Notes: generated by a model from the sequence alone, not told the origin. A DNA stretch of 64,000 nt from Clostridia bacterium (GCA_036260935.1 DATALQ010000014.1:73432-137431), one strand, 5' to 3'; shown: positions 25,102 to 35,185, counted from the stretch's first letter. Numbers and translations are program-made.

Positions 25102-26631
25102 ATGAAAAAAATTTGGGGTAGGATGTTCAACAGCATAAAGTCAAGGATTATTGCGATCTTTGTATTGACCATGATCCTAACCAGTGCTATGAGCATGTTT
25201 ATTCTGGGATTGTCGAGCAACATAATAGAAAAGATGGACAATATGTTTGCCGCAAACGTCGAAATCGAAGAATTTCTAAGTGATATGAATAACGTAAATA
25301 CGAACCTGACGAATTATCTTGTTACCGCCGATTCGGACAGTCTGCTCAATTACTACAGATATAAGGACATTTTCAGCGAGAAGGCGCGGAGCATGTTTGA
25401 AGAAGTGCGCGGGGTATACAGTCAGAATGATCTTATTTACAGGGATATCGCTTACATGGTCAATTCGTATTTCAATGAGACGGAAGACGCCGTGGAAGCC
25501 AAAAGAATGGGTAATGCCGATGAGTATATCGCTAAATATGCCGAGGCTAACCGTATAACAGGATATATCCGGACATATACCGACCGTCTGAATCTGAACA
25601 TATTAAACATCAATACGACCCAGTATCTCGGCATGTCGGAGAATCTTAACAAACTGCGGACGACGAATTTGATACTGATAATATCCGTAATAATGCTGAA
25701 CATACTTGTAATTTTCTATCTGACTTATAATATGACAAAACCGATAATAAAACTTGCGCATTCAGCTGAAGAGATGTCCAAGGGCAATTTCGAAGCGGAC
25801 GATGTGGAAGTTTATTCGCAGGACGAACTTAGCATAATGGCAAATGCATTTAATGCGATGAAGCACAGCATCAGGAATTATATCGGCGAACTGCACAACA
25901 AGGCCGACACCGAGTCACAACTTCTCGAACAGCAGATAGAAAATCTAAGGATACAGTCACTGCTGGCAGATGCGGAAATGAAGGCGCTTCAAATGCAGAT
26001 AAATCCGCATTTTCTTTTCAATACGCTGAATGCGGGAGTCCAGCTTGCCATGATCGAAGGAGCCGACAGGACGTCGGACTTCCTTGACAATATGTCAAAG
26101 ATATTCAGATACAACGTTAAGAGCCTTGACAGAAAGGTTAAGCTCAAGGATGAGATCGATACTGTCAGGGCTTACGAAGATCTGTTTTCAGTACGGTTCG
26201 GCGACATTATGAAATTTGAATATGACATTGACCAAAGCTTGCTGGATATTGACGTTCCGCCTCTTATTATACAGCCTCTGGTGGAAAATGCCACGATTCA
26301 CGGTATAGGGAATCTGGAGAGAGGCGGCGTGATCAATATATCGCTCGATAAAAACGACACTGTGGTAAGAATGAGCGTTCAGGATAATGGAGCCGGGATG
26401 AACGAGGAGACAAGGCAAAAGATATTGAAGGGACACAAGTTTGAAAGTGAGATTTCCGGGCACATGACAGGGATAGGGATAAATAACGTGGTACAGAGGC
26501 TGAAGCTGTTCTTCAAATGTGATGATGTGATAGAGGTTGACAGTGCTCCTGGCAAGGGCACAAAAATAGTTTTAAAGATACCAATAGACAGAAGGGGTGG
26601 TGATTCCTGTGTACAGCCTTATGGTATGTGA
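25102..26631 (+). CDS. Sensor histidine kinase, LytS/YesM type
   Basis: Two TM segments flank an extracellular domain. A HAMP region is followed by the His_kinase box QINPHFLFNTLN and a C-terminal HATPase domain (DNGAGM, GIGINNV). Confidence 0.9.
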   Translation: MKKIWGRMFNSIKSRIIAIFVLTMILTSAMSMFILGLSSNIIEKMDNMFAANVEIEEFLSDMNNVNTNLTNYLVTADSDSLLNYYRYKDIFSEKARSMFEEVRGVYSQNDLIYRDIAYMVNSYFNETEDAVEAKRMGNADEYIAKYAEANRITGYIRTYTDRLNLNILNINTTQYLGMSENLNKLRTTNLILIISVIMLNILVIFYLTYNMTKPIIKLAHSAEEMSKGNFEADDVEVYSQDELSIMANAFNAMKHSIRNYIGELHNKADTESQLLEQQIENLRIQSLLADAEMKALQMQINPHFLFNTLNAGVQLAMIEGADRTSDFLDNMSKIFRYNVKSLDRKVKLKDEIDTVRAYEDLFSVRFGDIMKFEYDIDQSLLDIDVPPLIIQPLVENATIHGIGNLERGGVINISLDKNDTVVRMSVQDNGAGMNEETRQKILKGHKFESEISGHMTGIGINNVVQRLKLFFKCDDVIEVDSAPGKGTKIVLKIPIDRRGGDSCVQPYGM

Positions 26632-28210
26632 TGATGAACAGATAATGATCGAGTCGGTACGGCACATAGTAGAAAACGAGTTCAGCAACATAAGGGTTAT
26701 CGAGACTGCCAGATCGGGACGGGAAGCGATAGAGAAAACGCTGACTGTTAAGCCGGATATAATTCTGACGGATATCAAGATGCCGGGCATAAATGGACTT
26801 GATGCAATCAAGGAAATCAAGAAGGTCCATAATGACATCAAGATTGTTATAGTATCCGTTTACGAATTTTTTGAATACGCTAAACAGGCTGTTGAACTGG
26901 GAGTCAGTGAATACCTGATAAAGCCTGTAAAAAAGGAAAGGCTGGTCGATACCTTACAGAGGATTATAGCCCAGCTCGATGCCGAAAGGCGTAAGTATAG
27001 CTGGGAGCTCGAGGCAAAAGAGAGGATTGAAAAGATGCTCTCCGCCGTTGAGCATAGCTTCATTTATTCATTGCTTTTTACTCAGGTGCGAAAGACCGAT
27101 ATAATCAAGTACAAGAAAGAGTTTTTTGATATAGACAACGAGACAGGCTTCATTTTCGTGCTTATGTTCGGTAAAAAAGGCGGAAGCGGCAATTACGAAG
27201 CGCAATTGGAGGATAGCCTGGACAATCAGGAGATTTATACCCTTTTTAAGGATAACTTGAAGTACAGGTGCAAGTGCATAGTAGGCCCGGTAATGCTGGA
27301 CAGAGTAGTCGTTTACGTCGCACAGAGCATTGAAGATCTGTATCGGCAGAGAGTGCAGGCCATAACCTGCATAGAAGATATAATGCGCTTACTCGAGGAA
27401 AAGTATGATATCGAATTCAAGGTTGGAATAGGCAGAATCCACAACGACCAGGACATTATGATTTCGTATCAGGAAGCGCTGAAGGCGCTCAACTGCAATG
27501 AGGGCGGCAGAATAGTACATATAGACGATATTGCTCCAAACGTTTACAACGTGGGATTTGAGACCGCGGCGCAGGAGCACAAACTGATTATCGCCCTCGA
27601 AAACGGTGATGTGCATAAATGTTTGACGATTTTGTCCGATATTTTCCGTAAATATCCTAATTTTTTCGAACAGGAGAACCTTCATTACAGGATTATAGAA
27701 ATGATGGCGGCGGTCCGCCAGGTCGCTACGGAAAACGGCATAAACGACAATGTTGAACCCGGATACTTTATTAAACAGATTTTAAGCTGCAAAACACGGG
27801 AAGAGTTTGAACGGATATGTACAGAGGAGATAAGGAATATAGCCGGTGCAATTGGCACCCGTAAAAAATGCAACATCGGAAAAATTGTTGAAAAGACTAA
27901 TATGCTGATAAATGAAAGGTTCAGCCAGGATTTGAACCTGGACGATATTTCAAAGGAGCTCTATGTCAGCCCCCAATATTTAAGCCGGCTGTATAAGAAC
28001 GAAACGGGTGAAAATTTCATCGAAAGGTTAACTGCAGTCAGAATAGAAAATGCGAAAAAGCTGATGAAGGAAAGCAAGTATTCTATAAAAGAGATCTGTT
28101 TCATGTCAGGATATTGTGACCCCAATTATTTCAGCAAATTGTTCAAAAAACACGAGGGGATATCACCCACGACCTATCTGAAACTGATTTGGGAGGACGT
28201 TAAGCGCTAA
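26597..28210 (+). CDS. Response regulator with AraC-type HTH output (YesN type)
   Basis: Receiver domain (CDDEQ..., DIILTDIKMPG) and a C-terminal AraC HTH (YFSKLFKKHEGISPTTY). The start is ambiguous (GTG 26597/26600/26609 or ATG 26621) and overlaps the end of the kinase gene. Confidence 0.85.
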   Translation: MVIPVYSLMVCDDEQIMIESVRHIVENEFSNIRVIETARSGREAIEKTLTVKPDIILTDIKMPGINGLDAIKEIKKVHNDIKIVIVSVYEFFEYAKQAVELGVSEYLIKPVKKERLVDTLQRIIAQLDAERRKYSWELEAKERIEKMLSAVEHSFIYSLLFTQVRKTDIIKYKKEFFDIDNETGFIFVLMFGKKGGSGNYEAQLEDSLDNQEIYTLFKDNLKYRCKCIVGPVMLDRVVVYVAQSIEDLYRQRVQAITCIEDIMRLLEEKYDIEFKVGIGRIHNDQDIMISYQEALKALNCNEGGRIVHIDDIAPNVYNVGFETAAQEHKLIIALENGDVHKCLTILSDIFRKYPNFFEQENLHYRIIEMMAAVRQVATENGINDNVEPGYFIKQILSCKTREEFERICTEEIRNIAGAIGTRKKCNIGKIVEKTNMLINERFSQDLNLDDISKELYVSPQYLSRLYKNETGENFIERLTAVRIENAKKLMKESKYSIKEICFMSGYCDPNYFSKLFKKHEGISPTTYLKLIWEDVKR

Positions 28211-28282
28211 CGGCGCGGATTTCCGCTAAAACGTCCATGAAGGACGTTAAGCGCTAACGGCGCGGATTTCCGCTAAAACGTC
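28194..28282. repeat. Perfect 42-bp direct repeat, period 47 bp, spanning the stop codon of the response regulator gene
   Basis: AGGACGTTAAGCGCTAACGGCGCGGATTTCCGCTAAAACGTC occurs at 28194-28235 and again at 28241-28282. Each copy has self-complementary ends (GGACGTT...AACGTCC). Confidence 0.95.
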
Positions 28283-28310
28283 TGCGGGAGGATTGTGAGG
28301 AGGTTCGGTT

Positions 28311-29333
28311 GTGAAGAAGATAGTTGTATTATTGCTGGCTATGATTTTTGTGCTTTCATACGGCTGCATGTCGGACGAGACCCTCAATAGTAAGGATAAC
28401 GTACGGAAAATAGGTTTCATCTATGAGACAATGACTGTGGAACGATGGCAGAGGGATCGTGACATATTTGTTGCCAAAGCTGAGAACCTTGGCGCCCAGG
28501 TCATTGTGAAGGATGCATATGAGGATAGCGATCGTCAAAGAGAGATCGGTATCGAAATGATCGATCAGGGGGTCGATGTGCTTGTTATCGTCGCATTCGA
28601 TAAGGACAGTCTCAAGGACCTTGTCAAATATGCGCACGCCCATAATGTCAAGGTAATTGCGTATGATCGCATGATAAGGGACGTCGACGTCGACTTTTAC
28701 ATATCGTTCAACAATTCGGAAGTAGGGCGTTTGATGGGCAAATCGGCGACGGAGCATGTACCTGAAGGGAATTATCTGATTCTGAACGGCTCGTACAGGG
28801 ATAACAATTCCTTCATGTTTAACGAAGGATATCAAAGCATCATTAAGCCATTTATAGACAAAGGCAGGATAAACGTTGTCGGAGAGACCTGGATAGATGC
28901 CTGGCGTGATAAAGGTTCCTATGATTATGTAAGCAATGTCCTTAACAGCGGACAGAAGGTTGACGCTATAATTGCGGCAAATGACCAGCTTGCGGAGGGC
29001 GCGATAACCGCTTTGAGCGAAAACAGGCTTGCAGGCAAGGTGTTTGTTACGGGGCAGGACGCGGAACTGGGTGCATGTCAGAGAATAGTCGAGGGGACGC
29101 AGGGTTCCACGGTTTACAAGCCTATCAATATCCTTGCGGAAGGAGCGGCCGATATTGCCGTAAAAATGGCTGCAAGCGAAGATATTGGCCCATGTGAAGC
29201 CATATCGAACGGGACATATGATATTCGCTGCAGGATTTATCAGCCGCAGCTTGTTACGAAGGATAATATTGATGCTACGGTTATAAAGGACGGCTTTTTT
29301 ACCGCAGAGCAGGTATACGCAAACTTACCCTAG
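28311..29333 (+). CDS. xylF: D-xylose-binding-protein-like lipoprotein (XylF homolog), with no adjacent transporter genes
   Basis: Colinear with remembered E. coli XylF (ERWQ.DRDIFV.KAE.LGA, AYDRMI.D.D.DFYISF.N, GQDA.L...QRI..GTQ..TVYKP). Signal peptide with Cys (LSYGC). GTG start with GAGGAGG upstream. Confidence 0.85.
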   Translation: MKKIVVLLLAMIFVLSYGCMSDETLNSKDNVRKIGFIYETMTVERWQRDRDIFVAKAENLGAQVIVKDAYEDSDRQREIGIEMIDQGVDVLVIVAFDKDSLKDLVKYAHAHNVKVIAYDRMIRDVDVDFYISFNNSEVGRLMGKSATEHVPEGNYLILNGSYRDNNSFMFNEGYQSIIKPFIDKGRINVVGETWIDAWRDKGSYDYVSNVLNSGQKVDAIIAANDQLAEGAITALSENRLAGKVFVTGQDAELGACQRIVEGTQGSTVYKPINILAEGAADIAVKMAASEDIGPCEAISNGTYDIRCRIYQPQLVTKDNIDATVIKDGFFTAEQVYANLP

Positions 29334-29375
29334 AATAAACGGTACAAAAAAGACCTTACACGGAAGGGTGATTGC

Positions 29376-30206
29376 TTGGATCAACTTATTTCGGTATATT
29401 ACATATTTGCACTGTCTTCAGGAATATTCTGCCTGGGCTGCCTTTTTACCACGGCCCGGGATAATAAAAACGAGGCTGTCAGGCTCTATTTTCTTTTCTA
29501 TTCGGCGTTTTCAGCCTTTATGCTGGCTACCGTGCTGAGAGCTTACCTGCAGAACCCTATTTTTACATTGCTGCAGTTTTTTACGGTATTTTCATCGCTC
29601 TATATACTTGCATGCCTCATCAACAAGGTGCTGCTGGTGCCTGCTGCAACAAAAATCAATATCCTGCTGCTTTGTGTTACGTTGGCAGCCTTTGTTTTAA
29701 GCGTTCTGGACCAGTTTTACCTCGGTGTGGGTGCGGATGAGGCCTCCTATGCGGTCATGCTCATTTACTATCTGGGCGCTTACATTAAGTTCAGAAAAAA
29801 TGTTATCAACGAAAACCTGAAGAAAGCAATGAAACATACCTTTTGGAGCATGCTCCTGTTTGTGCCGGGCATAGCGCTGGATGAAATAATTCTTTCCGGG
29901 GGTTCAAATCTTCGTATTGTTCCTGTGTTCTATGCATGTATAGGTATTTACTCAGTCCTTTCCTTCCTGAAGATCAGCGATTCCATCCAGAACAACAAGT
30001 ATATGGTGCCTGAGGATTTGATCCGGCGTTTTGGGATCACCGATCGGGAAGCGGAGGTAATGGAGCTGCTGCTGAAGGGGCTGAGCTACAATAAGATTGC
30101 CGATCAACTGGTAATCTCAATTTCAACGGTACGGACCCATGTCACCAATCTATACAAAAAAGTATCTGTTAATTCAAGGTATGAATTGTACAATCTGTTT
30201 GAATAA
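29376..30206 (+). CDS. Membrane-embedded LuxR-family transcriptional regulator (about 7 TM plus a C-terminal HTH)
   Basis: About seven hydrophobic segments are followed by ITDREAEVMELLLKGLSYNKIADQLVISISTVRTHVTNLYKK (LuxR/GerE HTH). TTG start. Confidence 0.8.
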   Translation: MDQLISVYYIFALSSGIFCLGCLFTTARDNKNEAVRLYFLFYSAFSAFMLATVLRAYLQNPIFTLLQFFTVFSSLYILACLINKVLLVPAATKINILLLCVTLAAFVLSVLDQFYLGVGADEASYAVMLIYYLGAYIKFRKNVINENLKKAMKHTFWSMLLFVPGIALDEIILSGGSNLRIVPVFYACIGIYSVLSFLKISDSIQNNKYMVPEDLIRRFGITDREAEVMELLLKGLSYNKIADQLVISISTVRTHVTNLYKKVSVNSRYELYNLFE

Positions 30207-30394
30207 GCTATAAACCGCGACAGTCACATATCACCTGTCTAAAACGCCTGTCTGACGGCATCGTATCAAAGTATGAGTGCTCCAAATACACAAAATCATA
30301 TAAAAATACCATTACAAATAGAACGAATATCCGATTTTTTTTCGTGTTTTTTTGCTGTACGCTGAAGTTGAAAAAAATACGGAGGTCGGTCAGA

Positions 30395-31120
30395 ATGAAG
30401 AATATAGCTGATAGGTTTGGCAAGAGCAAAGAAGACAGGGAATTCATCATACTGAAGAATGTGGTGAAATCCTTCCAGTCGGGTGAGGGAGCAGTTGAAA
30501 TATTGAAAAATATTTCAATCAATATCAAAAGAGGAGAGTTTGTTGGTGTGTTCGGTAAGTCCGGAAGCGGTAAGAGCACACTGTTGAATGTACTGACAGG
30601 CATTGACAGACCGACAGAAGGGGAGGTATGGATCGATACCAGTCCCATTCATAAATACAGTGAGTCTGAAATGGCATTGCTTCGAGGCGGGAATATCGGG
30701 ATCGTCTTTCAATTTTTTCAGCTCCTGCCCATGCTGACTTTATTGGAAAATGTCATTCTTCCCATGGATTTCAGCAGAAAAATCAATAAGAACGACAGAC
30801 GAGAAAGGGCAATGCTGCTGCTCCGCAAGCTGGGTATTGAAGAACACGCGCATAAATATCCTACCGCCGTTTCAGGTGGGCAGCAGCAGCGGGCTGCGAT
30901 TGCCAGGGCATTGGCAAATGACCCGGACATCATCATAGCTGATGAGCCTACCGGAAACCTTGATTCGGTTACTTCCAAAGCCATATTCAGTATTTTCAAA
31001 GAGTTGGCAGCAGAGGGGAAAACAATTATCATTGTTACTCACGATAACAGCGTCCGGGATGAGTTTTCCAGGGTGATCCGGATATCTGACGGAGTTGTTT
31101 CCCATGAGGAGGTTTGCTAA
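30395..31120 (+). CDS. ABC transporter ATP-binding protein (MacB/LolD/FtsE type)
   Basis: Walker A GKSGSGKST, signature VSGGQQQR, Walker B IIIADEPTGNLD. ATG at 30395 with GGAGG upstream. Confidence 0.9.
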   Translation: MKNIADRFGKSKEDREFIILKNVVKSFQSGEGAVEILKNISINIKRGEFVGVFGKSGSGKSTLLNVLTGIDRPTEGEVWIDTSPIHKYSESEMALLRGGNIGIVFQFFQLLPMLTLLENVILPMDFSRKINKNDRRERAMLLLRKLGIEEHAHKYPTAVSGGQQQRAAIARALANDPDIIIADEPTGNLDSVTSKAIFSIFKELAAEGKTIIIVTHDNSVRDEFSRVIRISDGVVSHEEVC

Positions 31121-33519
31121 TGATGAATACAATGATTAAAAAAATGCTCATGGATCTGCTCGCTAATAAAATAAAAACTGCCCTTATTATGCTCACGCTG
31201 TTTGTGGGTTCCATGTCGGTAGGAATTGTAGCAATGTTCGGCAGCTTTTTTGTACCCGAGGCGAACAGGATCTACCAAAATGCTCAGCCCCACGATATTG
31301 TAATCAGAACCGGCGGTTTCAGCCCGGAAATACTCGGCGAAATCAGGAGTCTGCCTGAAGTAGAAAGCGCGGAAGCCAGAAGAAGGCTGACCGCAAGGCT
31401 GGCGGCGGGAAACAAAAAAATCAACATGAACCTAATTGTTCTGGGAGATACCAATACAATAGATATTCTAAGGAAAAGTGACGGGTCCGATAACCTGCCC
31501 AAGCTGTCAGAAAATGAACTGTATCTTGAAAGAGCTGTACTGAAGGATGTGAATAAAAAGCAGGGTGATACCGCAGAAGTTATCCTGGAGGGAAACAGGG
31601 CATTCAAACTCAAGATCAGGGAAATCGTCTATGACGCGGTTACGGAGCCCTACACACTTGAAGGCGACATCACAGCCTACATCAATCAGGATACCTTGAA
31701 GCTGCTTACAGGTTTGGAAGGCTTCAATGAAGTGCTGATCAGGGCGGTGGGAGATAATTCAAGCAGGGAAAGGAATGCGCTGGTAGCAAGAAAAGCTGGC
31801 GATTTGCTGGAATCCAGGGGTATTACAGTAAACGAAACGGAAGTGCCGCAGCCCGGAACCTTTTATGCCACACAGGCTTTGAACGCCATTACAATTATCA
31901 TGACGCTGATCGGCAGCCTTTCAATACTGCTTGGTGTTTCCCTCATCGTAAACATCATCAACAGTATGATGCTGCAGCACATCCGTCAAATCGGCATCAT
32001 GAAGGCGATTGGCGGCAGCACCACGCAGGTTGGCCTGATGTATTTCGGCATGATTCTGGCTGCGGGACTTGCAGTATTTGCCGCAGCCCTGCCTTTGTCG
32101 GCCCTGGCAGGCTATGCAGTTTGCACGATGCTCGCGGGGCTCATGAATATGGATCTGGCAGGCATGAGGCTTCCCCTTTCGGTGGTACTGGTTCAGCTGG
32201 CCGGAGCTGTTCTTATGCCGCTGACAGCTGCATCGGTGCCCATTCTGAAGAGTGCCGGGTCAACGGTTTATGACGCTTTAAACAATAATATAAAGGGAGC
32301 TTCTTTTAAAAATATTCCACTGGTGAATTTTCTTGCAAAGAAGATAAGCCTGCCGCCTGTACTGTTGGTTTCCATGCGAAACAATTTTCGCAACAAAGGA
32401 AGAATGCTGCTTACACTTGGGGCGCTGACTCTTTCGGGGACAATTCTGATAACCGGCATCAACCTGCAAAAAGGCTTTTCAAAGGCCATTGAAGACGCCG
32501 GTTTTCTCATGCCCGATGGAATACTTACTCTGTCTGAGTATGAAAAAGCAGGCAGAATAGAAGAGATCGCCAAAGGGGTGAAGGGCCTTGAAACAGTAGA
32601 GGCGTGGGGCTTTTGCGCCGGACGCCTGATTGAAGAGACAACCGGCAGCTCCAAAAAGGTAAGGCTTATGGCACCAAAACCCGGCTCTGTTATTTTTGAC
32701 AGCGTTAAGGCGGAAAAGAAGCTGACGGCAGGAAGGCTGATAAAGGATGACAGCAAAAACGAGATTGTTATCAGCAGCCACCTGACGGAGCTATATCCGG
32801 ATATCGGTGTGGGCGATTCCGTCACGATCAGCATAAATGGAAAGCCGGTAGTCTTTAGGGTAGCAGGTGTAATCAGCCTGTTCGGCCGCCCTGCTGACCC
32901 TGTGCTGATAGCAGGATACAGGTATTTGAACGGCTTGCTTGCGGGTGAGGATATGGTAATTGATTTAAGAGGGCTTACAACACAACATACCGAGGAGTAT
33001 CAGAACCTGGTATTTTCTGAAATAGAAAAGCGGCTGAACAAAAACGGTATCACAGTCGCCGAAACAAACCTGGGGGAAGCCATGCTGGAGCAGTTCAACA
33101 CTTCAGCCTCCATTACTGTTATTCTTTTGATGTTTTTGGCGGTTATGACCGGATTCGTTGGAACCATCGGCTTGTCGGGGACACTGAGCATCAATGTGCT
33201 TGAGCGCGCCAGGGAATTCGGCGTCATGCGTTCGATAGGCGCCGCCAATACGAAGCTGAACCGGATGATCGTTCTGGAGGGGATCCTTCTTAGCATAACA
33301 GCATGGATTCTGGGTATCCTTCTGGCAATTCCACTGACCGTTCTTTCGGGAAAGATGCTGGGAGAAGCACTAATGGGAACAGCTGTCGGCTTTCATTTGA
33401 ATTTGCCCGGGGTTATCGGCTGGCTGGTTGTTTCCGTTGCCGGTGCATACCTTGCAGGCTTGCTGCCCTGTATCAAAGTAAACAGGATGGTGATAAGGGA
33501 AGTGCTTTCCTATGAATAG
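31120..33519 (+). CDS. ABC transporter permease with two FtsX/MacB-type modules
   Basis: 799 aa. There are two repeats of TM - large extracytoplasmic domain - 3 TM, each with the FtsX-like motif (IGIMKAIGGS and FGVMRSIGA). The ATG at 31120 overlaps the upstream TAA, with RBS GAGGAGG. Confidence 0.85.
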   Translation: MMNTMIKKMLMDLLANKIKTALIMLTLFVGSMSVGIVAMFGSFFVPEANRIYQNAQPHDIVIRTGGFSPEILGEIRSLPEVESAEARRRLTARLAAGNKKINMNLIVLGDTNTIDILRKSDGSDNLPKLSENELYLERAVLKDVNKKQGDTAEVILEGNRAFKLKIREIVYDAVTEPYTLEGDITAYINQDTLKLLTGLEGFNEVLIRAVGDNSSRERNALVARKAGDLLESRGITVNETEVPQPGTFYATQALNAITIIMTLIGSLSILLGVSLIVNIINSMMLQHIRQIGIMKAIGGSTTQVGLMYFGMILAAGLAVFAAALPLSALAGYAVCTMLAGLMNMDLAGMRLPLSVVLVQLAGAVLMPLTAASVPILKSAGSTVYDALNNNIKGASFKNIPLVNFLAKKISLPPVLLVSMRNNFRNKGRMLLTLGALTLSGTILITGINLQKGFSKAIEDAGFLMPDGILTLSEYEKAGRIEEIAKGVKGLETVEAWGFCAGRLIEETTGSSKKVRLMAPKPGSVIFDSVKAEKKLTAGRLIKDDSKNEIVISSHLTELYPDIGVGDSVTISINGKPVVFRVAGVISLFGRPADPVLIAGYRYLNGLLAGEDMVIDLRGLTTQHTEEYQNLVFSEIEKRLNKNGITVAETNLGEAMLEQFNTSASITVILLMFLAVMTGFVGTIGLSGTLSINVLERAREFGVMRSIGAANTKLNRMIVLEGILLSITAWILGILLAIPLTVLSGKMLGEALMGTAVGFHLNLPGVIGWLVVSVAGAYLAGLLPCIKVNRMVIREVLSYE

Positions 33520-33651
33520 CAGCATTTGCGTGTCGAATAATGTTGAAAATTGTCGAACGTGTTGCTATAATTAGATAATAAAGGCATCAATACCCAAGAA
33601 TTTACCCAAAGGAGCGTATGATAATGGAACTTAACATTAAAGATTCTATCT

Positions 33652-35124
33652 ATGAAAAAATTTTTGGAGCATTTAAAAATCGGCACATTGATTCTATTGA
33701 TAGGAGATATCTTTTCCGTATTGTTAGGTTTAATTACTACGCTGGGGGTTGGTGAAGGGATCCGGACATTTGTTACTACCGCTGCAACAATGATGTTTAG
33801 TATGATTATATTTCTTTTTGCGATTTTCGCCATATTCGAGAAGCGGTTTCATATTAAGCTGGTAAATAGATTAAGAACAAATATTTATTTTATAGTTATC
33901 ATTTATTGCGCAGTTATCATGTCCGATACAAAAACCGCCTCCATGTGGGCCATTTCATACGTAGTCGTTCTTGTCAGTGTTTTTGCAATCACTTTAGGCG
34001 AATTTTTTGCAATCAATCTGGTTGGTGCTGCAGCATGTATGGCTTCTATCATTAGTGCCAATATGCTAAAGCAGCTTACGAGCAGTTATATCAGTCTGCT
34101 AGTAGTTATTGTTTTTGCCTATTTTCTCAGGAAGGCATTCAACAATATCACCGAAGGGCTGATAACAACTCTAAATGATGTGAAAACGGCTATGAAAGTA
34201 CAAGATAATTTGATTACTGCTATTAAAAATTCCACGAAAGAAGTATCTGATCAAATAGATGAATTGAAAAAAGGTTCATCGTCATTGGAAAGTTTAAACG
34301 GTTATACAGCAAATGCATCGGAGGAAATTGCTGTCGGGGTATCTGAGGAAGCAAAAAGCCTGCAGGCCGGAGTAGAAATTCTGTCGGCACTTTCCGGGAA
34401 TATTGACAGTATTATTAAGAAGTTGACGGAACTGACTACGGAAGTAAGCGCCAGGAGTGAAGAGAACAAAGCGGGTAAAGAGATAACTGATCAACTGGAG
34501 AAGACGCTTGGTAAATCCCTGGAACTGAACAGGGACGTTTCACAAATTATTATACGTATAACCAATGACTTTGAGAAAATCATCGGTTCGGTTGATACTA
34601 TCAACAACATAGCAAATCAAACCAATTTGCTGGCATTAAACGCATCCATAGAAAGTGCAAGGGCTGGAGAGGCAGGTAAAGGTTTTGCAGTTGTTGCTGA
34701 GGAAATCCGTAAATTGTCAGAGCAGACCACGGTAGCGGCAAATGGCATTAATCATATGATACAGGATCTGAACAAACAAATCGAGGATGCTAAAGTTATC
34801 AATAAATCAATCAGTACTCAATCGGAGGAAACCAATAAAATTATTGAAGAAACACGTACAACACTGATAACGACAATAGATTTCCTCACTGCCACTGACC
34901 GGAAACTGAACGAGATGGATATTGCCGCAAACTCGATCATCCATCAAAAGGAAGATGTAATGGAGAAAGTGGCAGCTTTATCCGCCATTGCGGAAGAACT
35001 ATCGGCGACCGCAGAAGAAGTCAGTGCAACTGTGGAGACGCAGAAACAGGACGTAGTCGGAATAAATAGCAATATTCAAATAATCGGCGGCAGTGTTGAT
35101 GAATTGGTAAAGCTCACAAACTAG
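33652..35124 (+). CDS. Methyl-accepting chemotaxis protein with a polytopic membrane N-terminus
   Basis: The conserved MCP hairpin [40 protein letters not shown] is present. The start codon is uncertain: there is no RBS at 33652 (see finding at 33618). Confidence 0.8.
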   Translation: MKKFLEHLKIGTLILLIGDIFSVLLGLITTLGVGEGIRTFVTTAATMMFSMIIFLFAIFAIFEKRFHIKLVNRLRTNIYFIVIIYCAVIMSDTKTASMWAISYVVVLVSVFAITLGEFFAINLVGAAACMASIISANMLKQLTSSYISLLVVIVFAYFLRKAFNNITEGLITTLNDVKTAMKVQDNLITAIKNSTKEVSDQIDELKKGSSSLESLNGYTANASEEIAVGVSEEAKSLQAGVEILSALSGNIDSIIKKLTELTTEVSARSEENKAGKEITDQLEKTLGKSLELNRDVSQIIIRITNDFEKIIGSVDTINNIANQTNLLALNASIESARAGEAGKGFAVVAEEIRKLSEQTTVAANGINHMIQDLNKQIEDAKVINKSISTQSEETNKIIEETRTTLITTIDFLTATDRKLNEMDIAANSIIHQKEDVMEKVAALSAIAEELSATAEEVSATVETQKQDVVGINSNIQIIGGSVDELVKLTN

Positions 35125-35185
35125 AAAGAAAGCAGCTAAACACTACCATAACAGCAGAATGGTATTCCGGGCGCCCAAAAAAGAA

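Noticed and set aside
28194-28282. A possible CRISPR-like or minisatellite array.
   Set aside because: There are only two copies, with a 5-bp spacer, and there are no cas genes. It is better described as a tandem duplication of a hairpin element.
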